A DNA stretch of 64,000 bases from contig OZ024741.1 of assembly GCA_964016885.1 (NCBI GenBank), positions 415,834,001 to 415,898,000 on the forward strand, written 5' to 3'. Position 1 is the first letter of the stretch. Each line of letters starts with the position of its first letter. The translations under genes were made by a program, and so were the position numbers. This stretch comes from Eledone cirrhosa (taxonomy: Eukaryota). Shown here piece by piece: positions 1-13,800 of the stretch. Under the pieces are notes generated by a model. The model worked only from the letters and a program-made list of their open reading frames with translations, searched no databases and had not been told where the DNA came from.

Positions 1-1386
1 TCTCTGTTATATTAACTGGGGTCTGTTACTAACTGGGGCCTCTATTATATTAACTGGGGTCTCTGTTGTATTCACTGAGGTCTCTGTTATATTAACTGAG
101 GTCTCTGTTATATTAACTGGGGTATGTTATATTAACTGGGGTCTCTGTTATATTAACTAGGGTCTCTGTTATATTAACTGGGGTCTCTGTTATATTAACT
201 GGGGTCTCTGTTATATTAACTGAGGTCTCTGTTATATTAACTGGGGCGTCTGTTATATTAACTGATGCCTCTATTATGTTAACTGAGGTCTCTGTTATAT
301 TAACTGGGGTCTGTTATTAACTGGGGCCTCTATTATATTAACTGGGGTCTCTGTTATATTAACTGGGGTCTCTGTTATATTAACTGAGGTCTCTGTTATA
401 TTAACTGGGGTATGTTATATTAACTGGGGCCTCTGATATATTAACTGGGGCCTCTGTTATATTAACTGGGGTCTCTGTTATATTAACTGAGGTCTCTGTT
501 ATATTACCTGGGGTTTCTGTTATACTAACTGGGGTCTCTGTTATATAAACTGGGGCCTCTATTATATTCACTGGGGTCTCTGTTATATTAACTGGGGTCT
601 CTGTTATATTCACTGGGGTCTCTGTTATATTAACTGGGGTATGTTATATTAACTGGGGTCTCTGTTATATTAACTGGGGCCTCTGTTATATTAACTGGGG
701 TCTCTGTTATATTAAGTGAGGTCTCTGTTATATTAACTGGGGTCTCTGTTATATTAACTGGGGTCTCTGTTATATTAACTGGGGACACTGTTATATTAAC
801 TGGGGTCTCTGTTATATTTGCTGGGGTCTCTGTTATATTAACTGGGGTCTATGTTATATTAACTGGGGTCTGTTATCTTAACTGGGGTCTCTGTTATATT
901 AACTGGGGTCTCTGTTATATTAACTGCGGTCTGTTTTTAACTGGGGCCTCTATTATATTAACTGAGGTCACTGTTATCTTAACTGGGGTCTCTGTTATAT
1001 TAACTGGGGTCTGTTATGTTAACTGGGGTCTGTTATATTAACTGGGGCCTCTGTTATATTAACTGGGGCCTCTATTATATTAACTGAGGTCTCTGTTATA
1101 TTAACTGGGGTCTGTTACTAACTGGGGCCTCTATTATATTAACTGGGGTCTCTGTTATATTCACTGGGGTCTCTGTTATATTAACTGAGGTCTCTGTTAT
1201 ATTAACTGGGGTATGTTATATTAACTGGGGTCTCTGTTATATTAACTGGGGTCTCTGTTATATTAACTGGGGTCTCTGTTATATTAACTGGGGTCTCTGT
1301 TATATTAACTGAGGTCTCTGTTATATTAACTGGGGTATGTTATATTAACTGGGGTCTCTGTTATATTAACTGGGGTCTCTGTTATA

Positions 1387-1850
1387 TTAACTGGGGTCTG
1401 TTATTAACTGGGGCCTCTATTATATTAACTGAGGTCTCTGTTATATTAACTGGGGTCTGTTATTAACTGGGGCCTCTATTATATTAACTGAGGTCTCTGT
1501 TATATTAACTGGGTCTGTTAATAACTGGGTCCTCTATTATATTAACTGAGGTCTCTGTTATATTAACTGGGGTCTGTTATTAACTGGGGCCTCTATTATA
1601 TTAACTGAGGTCTCTGTTATATTAACTGGGGTCTGTTATTAACTGGGGCCTCTATTATATTAACTGAGGTCTCTGTTATATTAACTGGGGTCTGTTATTA
1701 ACTGGGGCCTCTATTATATTAACTGAGGTCTCTGTTATATTAACTGGGGTCTGTTATTAACTGGGGCCTCTATTATATTAACTGAGGTTTCTGTTATATT
1801 AACTGGGGTCTGTTATTAACTGGGCCCTCTATTATATTAACTGGGGTCTC
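1387..1850 (+). repeat. Run of the 59-bp trimeric higher-order repeat (17+21+21 bp)
   Basis: TTAACTGGGGTCTGTTA + TTAACTGGGGCCTCTATTATA + TTAACTGAGGTCTCTGTTATA, repeated about 7-8 times. Successive 60-nt lines shift by one base. Similar runs occur through ~2.3-12.7 kb, at 17.9-18.2 kb, 21.1-21.3 kb, 55.2-55.4 kb and 59.7-59.95 kb. Confidence 0.92.
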
Positions 1851-2329
1851 TGTTATATTAACTGGGGTCTGTTATATTTACTGGGGTCTCTGTTATATTA
1901 ACTGGGGTCTGTTATCTTAACTGGGGTCTCTGTTATATTAACTGGGGTCTCTGTTATATTAACTGGGGTCTGTTATTAACTGGGGCCTCTATTATATTAA
2001 CTAAGGTATCTGTTATCTTAACTAGGGTCTCTGTTATATTAACTGGGGTCTGTTATGTTAACTGGGGTCTGTTATATTAACTGGGGCCTCTGTTATATTA
2101 ACTGGGGCCTCTATTATATTAACTGAGGTCTCTGTTATATTAACTGGGGTCTGTTACTAACTAGGGCCTCTATTATATTAACTGGGGTCTCTGTTATATT
2201 AACTGGGGTCTCTGTTATATTAACTGAGGTCTCTGTTATATTAACTGGGGTATGTTATATTAACTGGCGTCTCTGTTATATTAACTGGGGTCTCTGTTAT
2301 ATTAACTGGGGTCTGTTATTAACTGGGGC

Positions 2330-5050
2330 CTCTATTATATTAATTGAGGTCTCTGTTATATTAACTGGGGTCTGTTATTAACTGGGGCCTCTATTATATT
2401 AACTGAGGTCTCTGTTATATTAACTGGGGTCTGTTATTAACTGGGGCCTCTATTATATTAAATGAGATCTCTGTTATATTAACTGGGGTCTGTTATTAAC
2501 TGGGGCCTCTATTATATTAACTGAGGTCTCTGTTATATTAACTGGTGTCTGTTATTAACTCGGGCCTCTATTATATTAACTGAGGTTTCTGTTATATTAA
2601 CTGGGGTCTGTTATTAACTGGAGCCTCTATTATATTAACTGGGGTCTCTGTTATATTAACTGGGGCCTCTGTTATATTAACTGGGGTCTGTTATATTAAC
2701 TGGGGTCTCTGTTATATTAACTGGGGTCTGTTATTAACTGGGGCCTCTATTATATTAACTGGGGCCTCTGTTATATTAAGTGGGGTATGTTATATTAACT
2801 GAGGCCTCTGTTATATTAACTGGGGCCTGTGTTATATTAACTGGGGTCTCTGTTATATTAAGTGGGGTATGTTATATTAACTGTGGCCTCTGTTATATTA
2901 ACTGGGGCCTCTGTTATATTAAGTGGGGTATGTTATATTAACTGGGGTCTCTGTTATATTAACTGGAGCCTCTGTTATATTAACTGGGGCCTCTGTTATA
3001 TTAATTGAGATATGTTATATTAACTGGGGTCTCTGTTATATTAACTAGGGCCTCTGTTATATTAACTGGGGTCTGTTATTAGCTGGGGCCTCTATTATAT
3101 TAACTGGGGTCTCTGTTATATTAACTGGGGTCTCTGTTATATTAACTGGGGTCTCTGTTATATTAACTGGGTTCTGTTATTAACTGGGGCCTCTATTATA
3201 TTAACTGAGGTCTCTGTTATATTAACTGGGGTCTGTTATTAACTGGGGCCTCTATTATATTAACTGAGGTCTCTGTTATATTAACTGGGTCTGTTAATAA
3301 CTGGGGCCTCTATTATATTAACTGAGGTCTCTGTTATATTAACTGGGGTCTTTTATTAACTGGGGCCTCTATTATATTAACTGAGGTTTCTGTTATATTA
3401 ACTGGGGTCTGTTATTAACTGGGGCCTCTATTATATTAACTGGGGTCTCTGTTATATTCACTGGGGTCTCTGTTATATTAACTGAGGTCTCTGTTATATT
3501 AACTGGGGTATGTTATATTAACTGGGGTCTCTGTTATATTAACTGGGGTCTCTGTTATATTAACTGAGGTCTCTGTTATATTAACTGGGGTATGTTATAT
3601 TAACTGGGGTCTCTGTTATATTAACTGGGGCCTCTATTATATTAACTGAGGTCTCTGTTATATTAACTGGGGTCTGTTATTAACTGGGGCCTCTATTATA
3701 TTAACTGAGGTCTCTGTTATATTAACTGGGGTCTGTTATTAACTGGGGCCTCTATTATATTAAATGAGATCTCTGTTATATTAACTGGGGTCTGTTATTA
3801 ACTGGGGCCTCTATTATATTAACTGAGGTCTCTGTTATATTAACTGGTGTCTGTTATTAACTCGGGCCTCTATTATATTAACTGAGGTTTCTGTTATATT
3901 AACTGGGGTCTGTTATTAACTGGAGCCTCTATTATATTAACTGGGGTCTCTGTTATATTAACTGGGGCCTCTGTTATATTAACTGGGGTCTGTTATATTA
4001 ACTGGGGTCTCTGTTATATTAACTGGGGTCTGTTATTAACTGGGGCCTCTATTATATTAACTGGGGCCTCTGTTATATTAAGTGGGGTATGTTATATTAA
4101 CTGAGGCCTCTGTTATATTAACTGGGGCCTGTGTTATATTAACTGGGGTCTCTGTTATATTAAGTGGGGTATGTTATATTAACTGTGGCCTCTGTTATAT
4201 TAACTGGGGCCTCTGTTATATTAAGTGGGGTATGTTATATTAACTGGGGTCTCTGTTATATTAACTGGAGCCTCTGTTATATTAACTGGGGCCTCTGTTA
4301 TATTAAGTGAGGTATGTTATATTAACTGGGGTCTCTGTTATATTAACTAGGGCCTCTGTTATATTAACTGGGGTCTTTTATTAGCTGGGGCCTCTATTAT
4401 ATTAACTGGGGTCTCTGTTATATTAACTGGGGTCTCTGTTATATTAACTGGGGTCTCTGTTATATTAACTGGGTTCTGTTATTAACTGGGGCCTCTATTA
4501 TATTAACTGAGGTCTCTGTTATATTAACTGGGGTCTGTTATTAACTGGGGCCTCTATTATATTAACTGAGGTCTCTGTTATATTAACTGGGTCTGTTAAT
4601 AACTGGGGCCTCTATTATATTAACTGAGGTCTCTGTTATATTAACTGGGGTCTTTTATTAACTGGGGCCTCTATTATATTAACTGAGGTTTCTGTTATAT
4701 TAACTGGGGTCTGTTATTAACTGGGGCCTCTATTATATTAACTGGGGTCTCTGTTATATTCACTGGGGTCTCTGTTATATTAACTGAGGTCTCTGTTATA
4801 TTAACTGGGGTATGTTATATTAACTGGGGTCTCTGTTATATTAACTGGGGTCTCTGTTATATTAACTGAGGTCTCTGTTATATTAACTGGGGTATGTTAT
4901 ATTAACTGGGGTCTCTGTTATATTAACTGGGGCCTCTATTATATTAACTGAGGTCTCTGTTATATTAACTGGGGTCTGTTATTAACTGGGGCCTCTATTA
5001 TATTAACTGAGGTCTCTGTTATATTAACTGGGGTCTGTTATTAACTGGGG
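2330..5050 (+). repeat. ~1302-bp tandem block duplication (boundaries approximate)
   Basis: Rare variants recur at +1302: AAATGAGATCT (~2460/3762), ACTCGGGCC (~2558/3860), TTAGCTGGGG (~3079/4381). Confidence 0.88.
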
Positions 5051-6249
5051 CCTCTATTATATTAACTGGGGTCTCTGTTATATTAACTGGGGTCTCTGTT
5101 ATATTAACTGGGGTCTGTTATATTAACTGGGGTCTCTGTTATATTAACTGGGGTCTGTTATCTTAACTGGGGTCTCTGTTATATTAACTGGGGTCTCTGT
5201 TATATTAACTGGGGTCTGTTAATAACTGGGGCCTCTATTATATTAACTGAGGTATCTGTTATCTTAACTGGGGTCTCTGTTAAATTAACTGGGGTCTGTT
5301 ATGTTAACTGGGGTCTGTTATATTAACTGGGGCCTCTGTTATATTAACTGGGGCCTCTATTATATTAACTGAGGTCTCTGTTATATTAACTGGGGTCTGT
5401 TACTAACTGGGGCCTCTATTATATTAACTGGGGTCTCTGTTATATTAACTGGGGTCTCTGTTATATTAACTGAGGTCTCTGTTATATTAACTGGGGTATG
5501 TTATATTAACTGGCGTCTCTGTTATATTAACTGGGGTCTCTGTTATATTAACTGGGGTCTGTTATTAACTGGGGCCTCTATTATATTAATTGAGGTCTCT
5601 GTTATATTTACTGGGGTCTGTTATTAACTGGGGCCTCTATTATATTAACTGAGGTCTCTGTTATATTAACTGGGGTCTGTTATTAACTGGGGCCTCTATT
5701 ATATTAACTGAGGTCTCTGTTATATTAACTGGGGTCTGTTATTAACTGGGGCCTCTATTATATTAACTGAGGTCTCTGTTAAATTAACTGGTGTCTGTTA
5801 TTAACTGGGGCCTCTATTATATTAACTGGGGTCTCTGTTATATTAACTGGGGTCTCTGTTATATTAACTGGGGTCTGTTATATTAACTGGGGTCTCTGTT
5901 ATATTAACTGGGGTCTGTTATTAACTGGGGCCTCTATTATATTAACTGGGGCCTCTGTTATATTAAGTGGGGTATGTTATATTAACTGGGGCCTCTGTTA
6001 TATTAACTGGGGCCTGTGTTATATTAACTGGGGTCTCTGTTATATTAAGTGGGGTATGTTATATTAACTGTGGCCTCTGTTATATTAACTGGGGCCTCTG
6101 TTATATTAAGTGGGGTATGTTATATTAACTGGGGTCTCTGTTATATTAACTGGGGCCTCTGTTATATTAACTGGGACATCTGTTATATTAAGTGAGGTAT
6201 GTTATATTAACTGGGGTCTCTGTTATATTAACTGGGGCCTCTGTTATAT

Positions 6250-9200
6250 TAACAGGGGTCTCTGTTATATTAACTGATGCCTCTATTATGTTAACTGAGG
6301 TCTCTGTTATATTAACTGGGGTCTGTTATTAGCTGGGGCCTCTATTATATTAACTGGGGTCTCTGTTATATTAACTGGGGTCTCTGTTATATTAACTGGG
6401 GTCTCTGTTATATTAACTGGGTTCTGTTATTAACTGGGGCCTCTATTATATTAACTGAGGTCTCTGTTATATTAACTGGGGTCTGTTATTAACTGGGGCC
6501 TCTATTATATTAACTGAGGTCTCTGTTATATTAACTGGGTCTGTTAATAACTGGGGCCTCTATTATATTAACTGAGGTCTCTGTTATATTAACTGGGGTC
6601 TGTTATTAACTGGGGCCTCTATTATATTAACTGAGGTTTCTGTTATATTAACTGGGGTCTTTTATTAACTGGGGCCTCTATTATATTAACTGGGGTCTCT
6701 GTTATATTAAATGGGGTCTCTTTTATATTAACTGGGCTCTCTGTTATATTAACTGGGGTCTGTTATCTTAACTGAGATCTCTGTTATATTAACTGGGGTC
6801 TGTTATATTAACTGGGGTCTCTGTTATATTAACTGGGGTCTGTTAATCTTAACTGGGGTCTCTGTTATATTAACTGGGGTCTGTTATTAAATGGGGCATC
6901 TATTATATTAACTGAGGTCTCTGTTATATTAACTGGGGTCTCTGTTATATTAACTGGGATCTCTGTTATATTAAATGGCGTCTCTGTTATATTAACTGGG
7001 GTCTCTGTTATATTAACTGAGGTCTCTGTTATATTAACTGGGGTCTCTGTTGTATTAACTGGGGCCTCTATAATATTAACTGGGGTTGCTGTTATATTAA
7101 CTGGGGTCTCTGTTATATTAACTGGGGTCACTCTTATATTAAATGGGGTCTCTATTATATTAACTGGGGCCTCTGTTATATTAACTGGGGTCTCTGTTAT
7201 ATTAACTGAGGTCTCTGTTATATTAACTGGGGTATGTTATATTAACTGGGGTCTCTGTTATATTAACTGGGGTCTCTGTTATATTAACTGGGGTCTCTGT
7301 TATATTAAATGGGGTCTCTGTTATATTAACTGGGGTCTCTGTTATATTAACTGGGGCCTCTGATATATTAACTGGGGCCTCTGTTATATTAACTGGGGTC
7401 TCTGTTATATTAACTGAGGTCTCTGTTATATTACCTGGGGTTTCTGTTATATTAACTGGGGTCTCTGTTATATTAACTGGGGCCTCTATAATATTCACTG
7501 GAGTCTCTGTTATATTAACTGGGGTCTCTGTTATATTAACTGGGGTCTCTGTTATATTAACTGGGGTATGTTATATTAACTGGGGTCTATGTTATATTAA
7601 CTGGGGCCTCTGTTATATTAACTGGGGTCTCTGTTATATTAAGTGATGTCTCTGTAATATTAACTGGGTTCTCTGTTAGATTAACTGGGGTCTCTGTTAT
7701 ATTAACTGGGGACACTGTTATATTAACTGGGGTCTCTGTTATATTTACTGGGGTCTCTGTTATATTAACTGGGGTCTCTGTCATATTAACTGGGGTCTGT
7801 TATCTTAACTGGGGTCTCTGTTATATTAACTGGGGTCTCTGTTATATTAAATGGGGTCTGTTATTAACTGGGGCCTCTATTATATTAACTGAGGTCTCTG
7901 TTATCTTAACTGGGGTCTTTGTTATATTAACTGGGGTCTGTTATGTTAACTGGGGTCTGTTATATTAACTGGGGCCTCTGTTATATTAACTGGGGCCTCT
8001 ATTATATTAACTGAGGTCTCTGTTATATTAACTGGGGTCTGTTATTAACTGGGGCCTCTATTATCTTAACTGGGGTCTCTGTTATATTAACTTGGGTCTG
8101 TTATTAACTGGGGCCTCTATTATATTAACTGAGGTCTCTGTAATATTAACTGGGGTCTGTTATTAACTGGGGCCTCTATTATATTAACTGAGGTCTCTGT
8201 TATATTAACTGGTGTCTGTTATTAACTGGGGCCTCTATTATATTAACTGAAGTTTCTGTTATATTAACTGGGGTCTGTTATTAACTGCGGCCTCTATTAT
8301 ATTAACTGGGGTCTCTGTTATATTAACTGGGGTCTCTGTTATATTAACTGGGGTCTGTTATATTAACTGGGGTCTCTGTTATATTAACTGGGGTCTGTTA
8401 TCTTAACTGAGGTCTCTGTTATATTAACTGGGGTCTGTTATATTAACTGTGGTCTCTGTTATATTAACTGGGGTCTGTTAATCTTAACTGGGGTCTCTGT
8501 TATATTAACTGGGGTCTGTTATTAAATGGGGCATCTATTATATTAACTGAGGTCTCTGTTATATTAACTGGGGTCTCTGTTATACTAACTGGGATCTCTG
8601 TTATATTAAATGGCGTCTCTGTTATATTAACTGGGGTCTCTGTTATATTAACTGAGGTCTCTGTTATATTAACAGGGGTCTCTGTTATATTAACTGATGC
8701 CTCTATTATGTTAACTGAGGTCTCTGTTATATTAACTGGGGTCTGTTATTAGCTGGGGCCTCTATTATATTAACTGGGGTCTCTGTTATATTAACTGGGG
8801 TCTCTGTTATATTAACTGGGTTCTGTTATTAACTGGGGCCTCTATTATATTAACTGAGGTCTCTGTTATATTAACTGGGGTCTGTTATTAACTGGGGCCT
8901 CTATTATATTAACTGAGGTCTCTGTTATATTAACTGTGTCTGTTAATAACTGGGGCCTCTATTATATTAACTGAGGTCTCTGTTATATTAACTGGGGTCT
9001 GTTATTAACTGGGGCCTCTATTATATTAACTGAGGTTTCTGTTATATTAACTGGGGTCTGTTATTAACTGGGGCCTCTATTATATTAACTGGGGTCTCTG
9101 TTATATTAAATGGGGTCTCTTTTATATTAACTGGGCTCTCTGTTATATTAACTGGGGTCTGTTATCTTAACTGAGATCTCTGTTATATTAACTGGGGTCT

Positions 9201-10800
9201 GTTATGTTAACTGGTGTCTCTGTTATATTAACTGGGGTCTGTTAATCTTAACTGGGGTCTCTGTTATATTAACTGGGGTCTGTTATTAAATGGGGCATCT
9301 ATTATATTAACTGAGGTCTCTGTTATATTAACTGGGGTCTCTGTTATATTAACTGGGATCTCTGTTATATTAAATGGCGTCTCTGTTATATTAACTGGGG
9401 TCTCTGTTATATTAACTGAGGTCTCTGTTATATTAACTGGGGTCTCTGTTGTATTAACTGGGGCCTCTATAATATTAACTGGGGTTGCTGTTATATTAAC
9501 TGGGGTCTCTGTTATATTAACTGGGGTCACTCTTATATTAAATGGGGTCTCTATTATATTAACTGGGGCCTCTGTTATATTAACTGGGGTCTCTGTTATA
9601 TTAACTGAGGTCTCTGTTATATTAACTGGGGTATGTTATATTAACTGCGGTCTCTGTTATATTAACTGGGGTCTCTGTTATATTAACTGGGGTCTCTGTT
9701 ATATTAAATGGGGTCTCTGTTATATTAACTGGGGTCTCTGTTATATTAACTGGGGCCTCTGATATATTAACTGGGGCCTCTGTTATATTAACTGGGGTCT
9801 CTGTTATATTAACTGAGGTCTCTGTTATATTACCTGGGGTTTCTGTTATATTAACTGGGGTCTCTGTTATATTAACTGGGGCCTCTATAATATTCACTGG
9901 GGTCTCTGTTGTATTAACTGGGGTCTCTGTTATATTAACTGGGGTCTCTGTTATATTAACTGGGGTATGTTATATTAACTGGGGTCTATGTTATATTAAC
10001 TGGGGCCTCTGTTATATTAACTGGGGTCTCTGTTATATTAAGTGATGTCTCTGTTATATTAACTGGGGACACTGTTATATTAACTGGGGTCTCTGTTATA
10101 TTTACTGGGGTCTCTGTTATATTAACTGGGGTCTCTGTCATATTAACTGGGGTCTGTTATCTAAACTGGGGTCTCTGTTATATTAACTGGGGTCTCTGTT
10201 ATATTAAATGGGGTCTGTTATTAACTGGGGCCTCTATTATATTAACTGAGGTCTCTGTTATCTTAACTGGGGTCTTTGTTATATTAACTGGGGTCTGTTA
10301 TGTTAACTGGGGTCTGTTATATTAACTGGGGCCTCTGTTATATTAACTGGGGCCTCTATTATATTAACTGAGGTCTCTGTTATATTAACTGGGGTCTGTT
10401 ATTAACTGGGGCCTCTATTATCTTAACTGGGGTCTCTGTTATATTAACTTGGGTCTGTTATTAACTGGGGCCTCTATTATATTAACTGAGGTCTCTGTAA
10501 TATTAACTGGGGTCTGTTATTAACTGGGGCCTCTATTATATTAACTGAGGTCTCTGTTATATTAACTGGTGTCTGTTATTAACTGGGGCCTCTATTATAT
10601 TAACTGAGGTTTCTGTTATATTAACTGGGGTCTGTTATTAACTGCGGCCTCTATTATATTAACTGGGGTCTCTGTTATATTAACTGGGGTCTCTGTTATA
10701 TTAACTGGGGTCTGTTATATTAACTGGGGTCTCTGTTATATTAACTGGGGTCTGTTATATTAACTGTGGTCTCTGTTATATTAACTGGGGTCTGTTAATC
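6250..10800 (+). repeat. ~2.4-kb tandem block duplication (boundaries approximate)
   Basis: Matching artefactual ORFs at 6865/9264 and 7223/9622 (offset 2399). AACAGGGG...CTGATGCC marker at 6251/8671 (offset 2420, one monomer more). Confidence 0.88.
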
Positions 10801-13800
10801 TTATCTGGGGTCTCTGTTATATTAACTGGGGTCTCTGTTATATTAACTGGGATCTCTGTTATATTAAATGGCGTCTCTGTTATATTAACTGGGGTCTCTG
10901 TTATATTAAGTGGGGTCTCTGTTATATTAACTGGGGCCTCTGTTATATTAACTGAGGTCTCTATTATATTAACTGGGGTCTCTGTTATATTAACTGGGGC
11001 CTCTATTATATTAACTGGGGTCGCTGTTATATTAACTGGGGTCTCTGTTATATTAACTGGGGGCACTGTTATATTAAATGGGGCCTCTATTATATTAACT
11101 GGGGCCACTGTTATATTAACTGGGGTCTCTGTTATATTAACTGGGGTCTCTGTTATATTAACTAGGGCCTCTATTATATTAACTGGGGCCTCTGTTATAT
11201 TAACTGGGGTCTCTGTTATATTAACTGGGTTCAGTTATATTAACTGAGGCCTCTGTAACATTAACTGGGGCCTCTGCTATATTAACTGGGGTCTCTGTTA
11301 TATTAACTGGGGTATGTTATATTAACTAGGGCCTCTGTTATATTAACTGTGGCCTCTATTATAGTAACTGGGGCCTCTGTTATATTAACTGGGGTCTCTG
11401 TTATATTAACTGGGGTCTCTGTTATATTAACTGGGGTCTCTATTATATTAACAGGGCTATGTTAATCTTAACTGGGGTCTCTGTTATATTAACTGGGGTC
11501 TGTTATTAACTGGGGCATCTATTATATTAACTGAGGCCTCTGTTATATTAACTGGGGTCTCTGTTATATTAACTGGGATCTCTGTTATATTAAATGGCGT
11601 CTCTGTTATATTAACTGGGGTCTCTGTTATATTAACTGAGGTCTCTGTTATATTAACTGGGGTCTCTGTTGTATTAACTGGGGCCTCTATTATATTAACT
11701 GGGGTTGCTGTTATATTAACTGGGGTCTCTGTTATATTAACTGGGGTCACTCTTATATTAAATGGGGTCTCTATTATATTAACTGGGGTCTCTGTTATAT
11801 TAACTGGGGCCTCTGATATATTAACTGGGGCCTCTGTTATATTAACTGGGGTCTCTGTTATATTAACTGAGGTCTCTGTTATATTACCTGGGGTTTCTGT
11901 TATATTAACTGGGGTCTCTGTTATATTAACTGGGGCCTCTATAATATTCACTGGGGTCTCTGTTATATTAACTGGGGTCTCTGTTATATTAACTGGGGTC
12001 TCTGTTATATTAACTGGGGTATGTTATATTAACTCGGGTCTATGTTATATTAACTGGGGCCTCTGTTATATTAACTGGGGTCTCTGTTATATTAAGTGAT
12101 GTCTCTGTTATATTAACTGGGGACACTGTTATATTAACTGGGGTCTCTGTTATATTTACTGGGGTCTCTGTTATACTAACTGTGGTCTCTGTTATATTAA
12201 CTGGGTTCTGTTATCTTAACTGGGTTCTCTGTTATATTAACTGGGGTCTCTGTTATATTAACTGGGGTCTGTTATTAACTGGGGCCTCTATTATATTAAC
12301 TGAGGTCTCTGTTATCTTAAATGGGGTCTCTGTTATATTAACTGGGGTCTGTTATGTTAACTGGGGTCTGTTATATTAACTGGGGCCTCTGTTATATTAA
12401 CTGGGGCCTCTATTATATTAACTGAGGTCTCTGTTATATTAACTGGGGTCTGTTATTAACTGGGGCCTCTATCATATTAACTGAGGTCTCTGTTATATTA
12501 ACTGGGGTCTGTTATTAACTGGGGCCTCTATTATATTAACTGATGTCTCTGTTATATTAACTGGTTTCTGTTATTAACTGGGGCCTCTATTATATTAACT
12601 GAGGTTTCTGTTATATTAACTGGGCTCTGTTATTAACTGGGGCCTCTATTATATTAACTGGGGTCTCTGTTATATTAACTGGGGTCTCTGTTATATTAAC
12701 TGGGGTCTGTTATATTAACTGGGGTCTCTGTTATATTAACTGGGGTCTGTTATCTTAACTGAGGTCTCTGTTATATTAACTGGGGTCTGTTATATTAACT
12801 GTGGTCTCTGTTATATTAACTGGGGTCTGTTAATCTTAACTGGGGTCTCTGTTATATTAACTGGGGTCTCTGTTATATTAACTGGGGTCTCTGTTATATT
12901 AACTGGGGCCTCTATTATATTAACTGAGGTCTCTATTATATTAACTGGGGTCTCTGTTATATTAACTGGGGCCTCTATTATATTAAACTGGGGTCGCTGT
13001 TATATTAACTGGGGTCACTGTTATATTAACTGGGGTCACTGTTTTATTAAATGGGGTGTCTATTATATTAACTGGGGCCACTGTTCTATTAACTGGGGTC
13101 TCTGTTATATTAACTGGGGTCTCTGTTATATTAACTAGGGCCTCTATTATATTAACTGGGGCCTCTGTTATATTAACTGGGGTCTCTGTTATGTTAACTG
13201 GGTTCAGTTATATTAACTGGGGCCTCTGTTACATTAACTGGGGCCTCTGTTATATTAACTGGGGTCTCTGTTATATTAACTGGGGTCTCTGTTATATTAA
13301 CTGGGGTATGTTATATTAACTGGGGCCTCTGTTATATTAACTGGGGCCTCTATTATAGTAACTGGGGCCTCTGTTATATTAACTGGGGTCTCTGTTATAT
13401 TAACTTGGGTCTCTGTTATATTAACTGGGGTCTCTATTATATTAACTGGGGTCTCTGTTATATTAACAGAGGTCTCTGTTATATTAACTGGGGTCTCTAT
13501 TATATTAAATGGCGTCTCTGTTATTTTAACTGGGGCCTCTGTTATATTAACTGGGGTCTCTGTTATATTAACTGGGGTACGTTATATTAACTGTGGCCTC
13601 TGTTATATTAACTGGGGCCTCTATTATATTAACTGGGGCCTCTGTTATATTAACTGGGGTCTCTGTTATATTAACTGGGGTCTCTGTTATATTAACTGGG
13701 GTCTCTGTTATATTAACTGGGGTATGTTATATTAACTGGGGTCTCTGTTATATTAACTGGGGCCTCTGTTATATTAACTGGGGCCTCTATTGTATTAACT

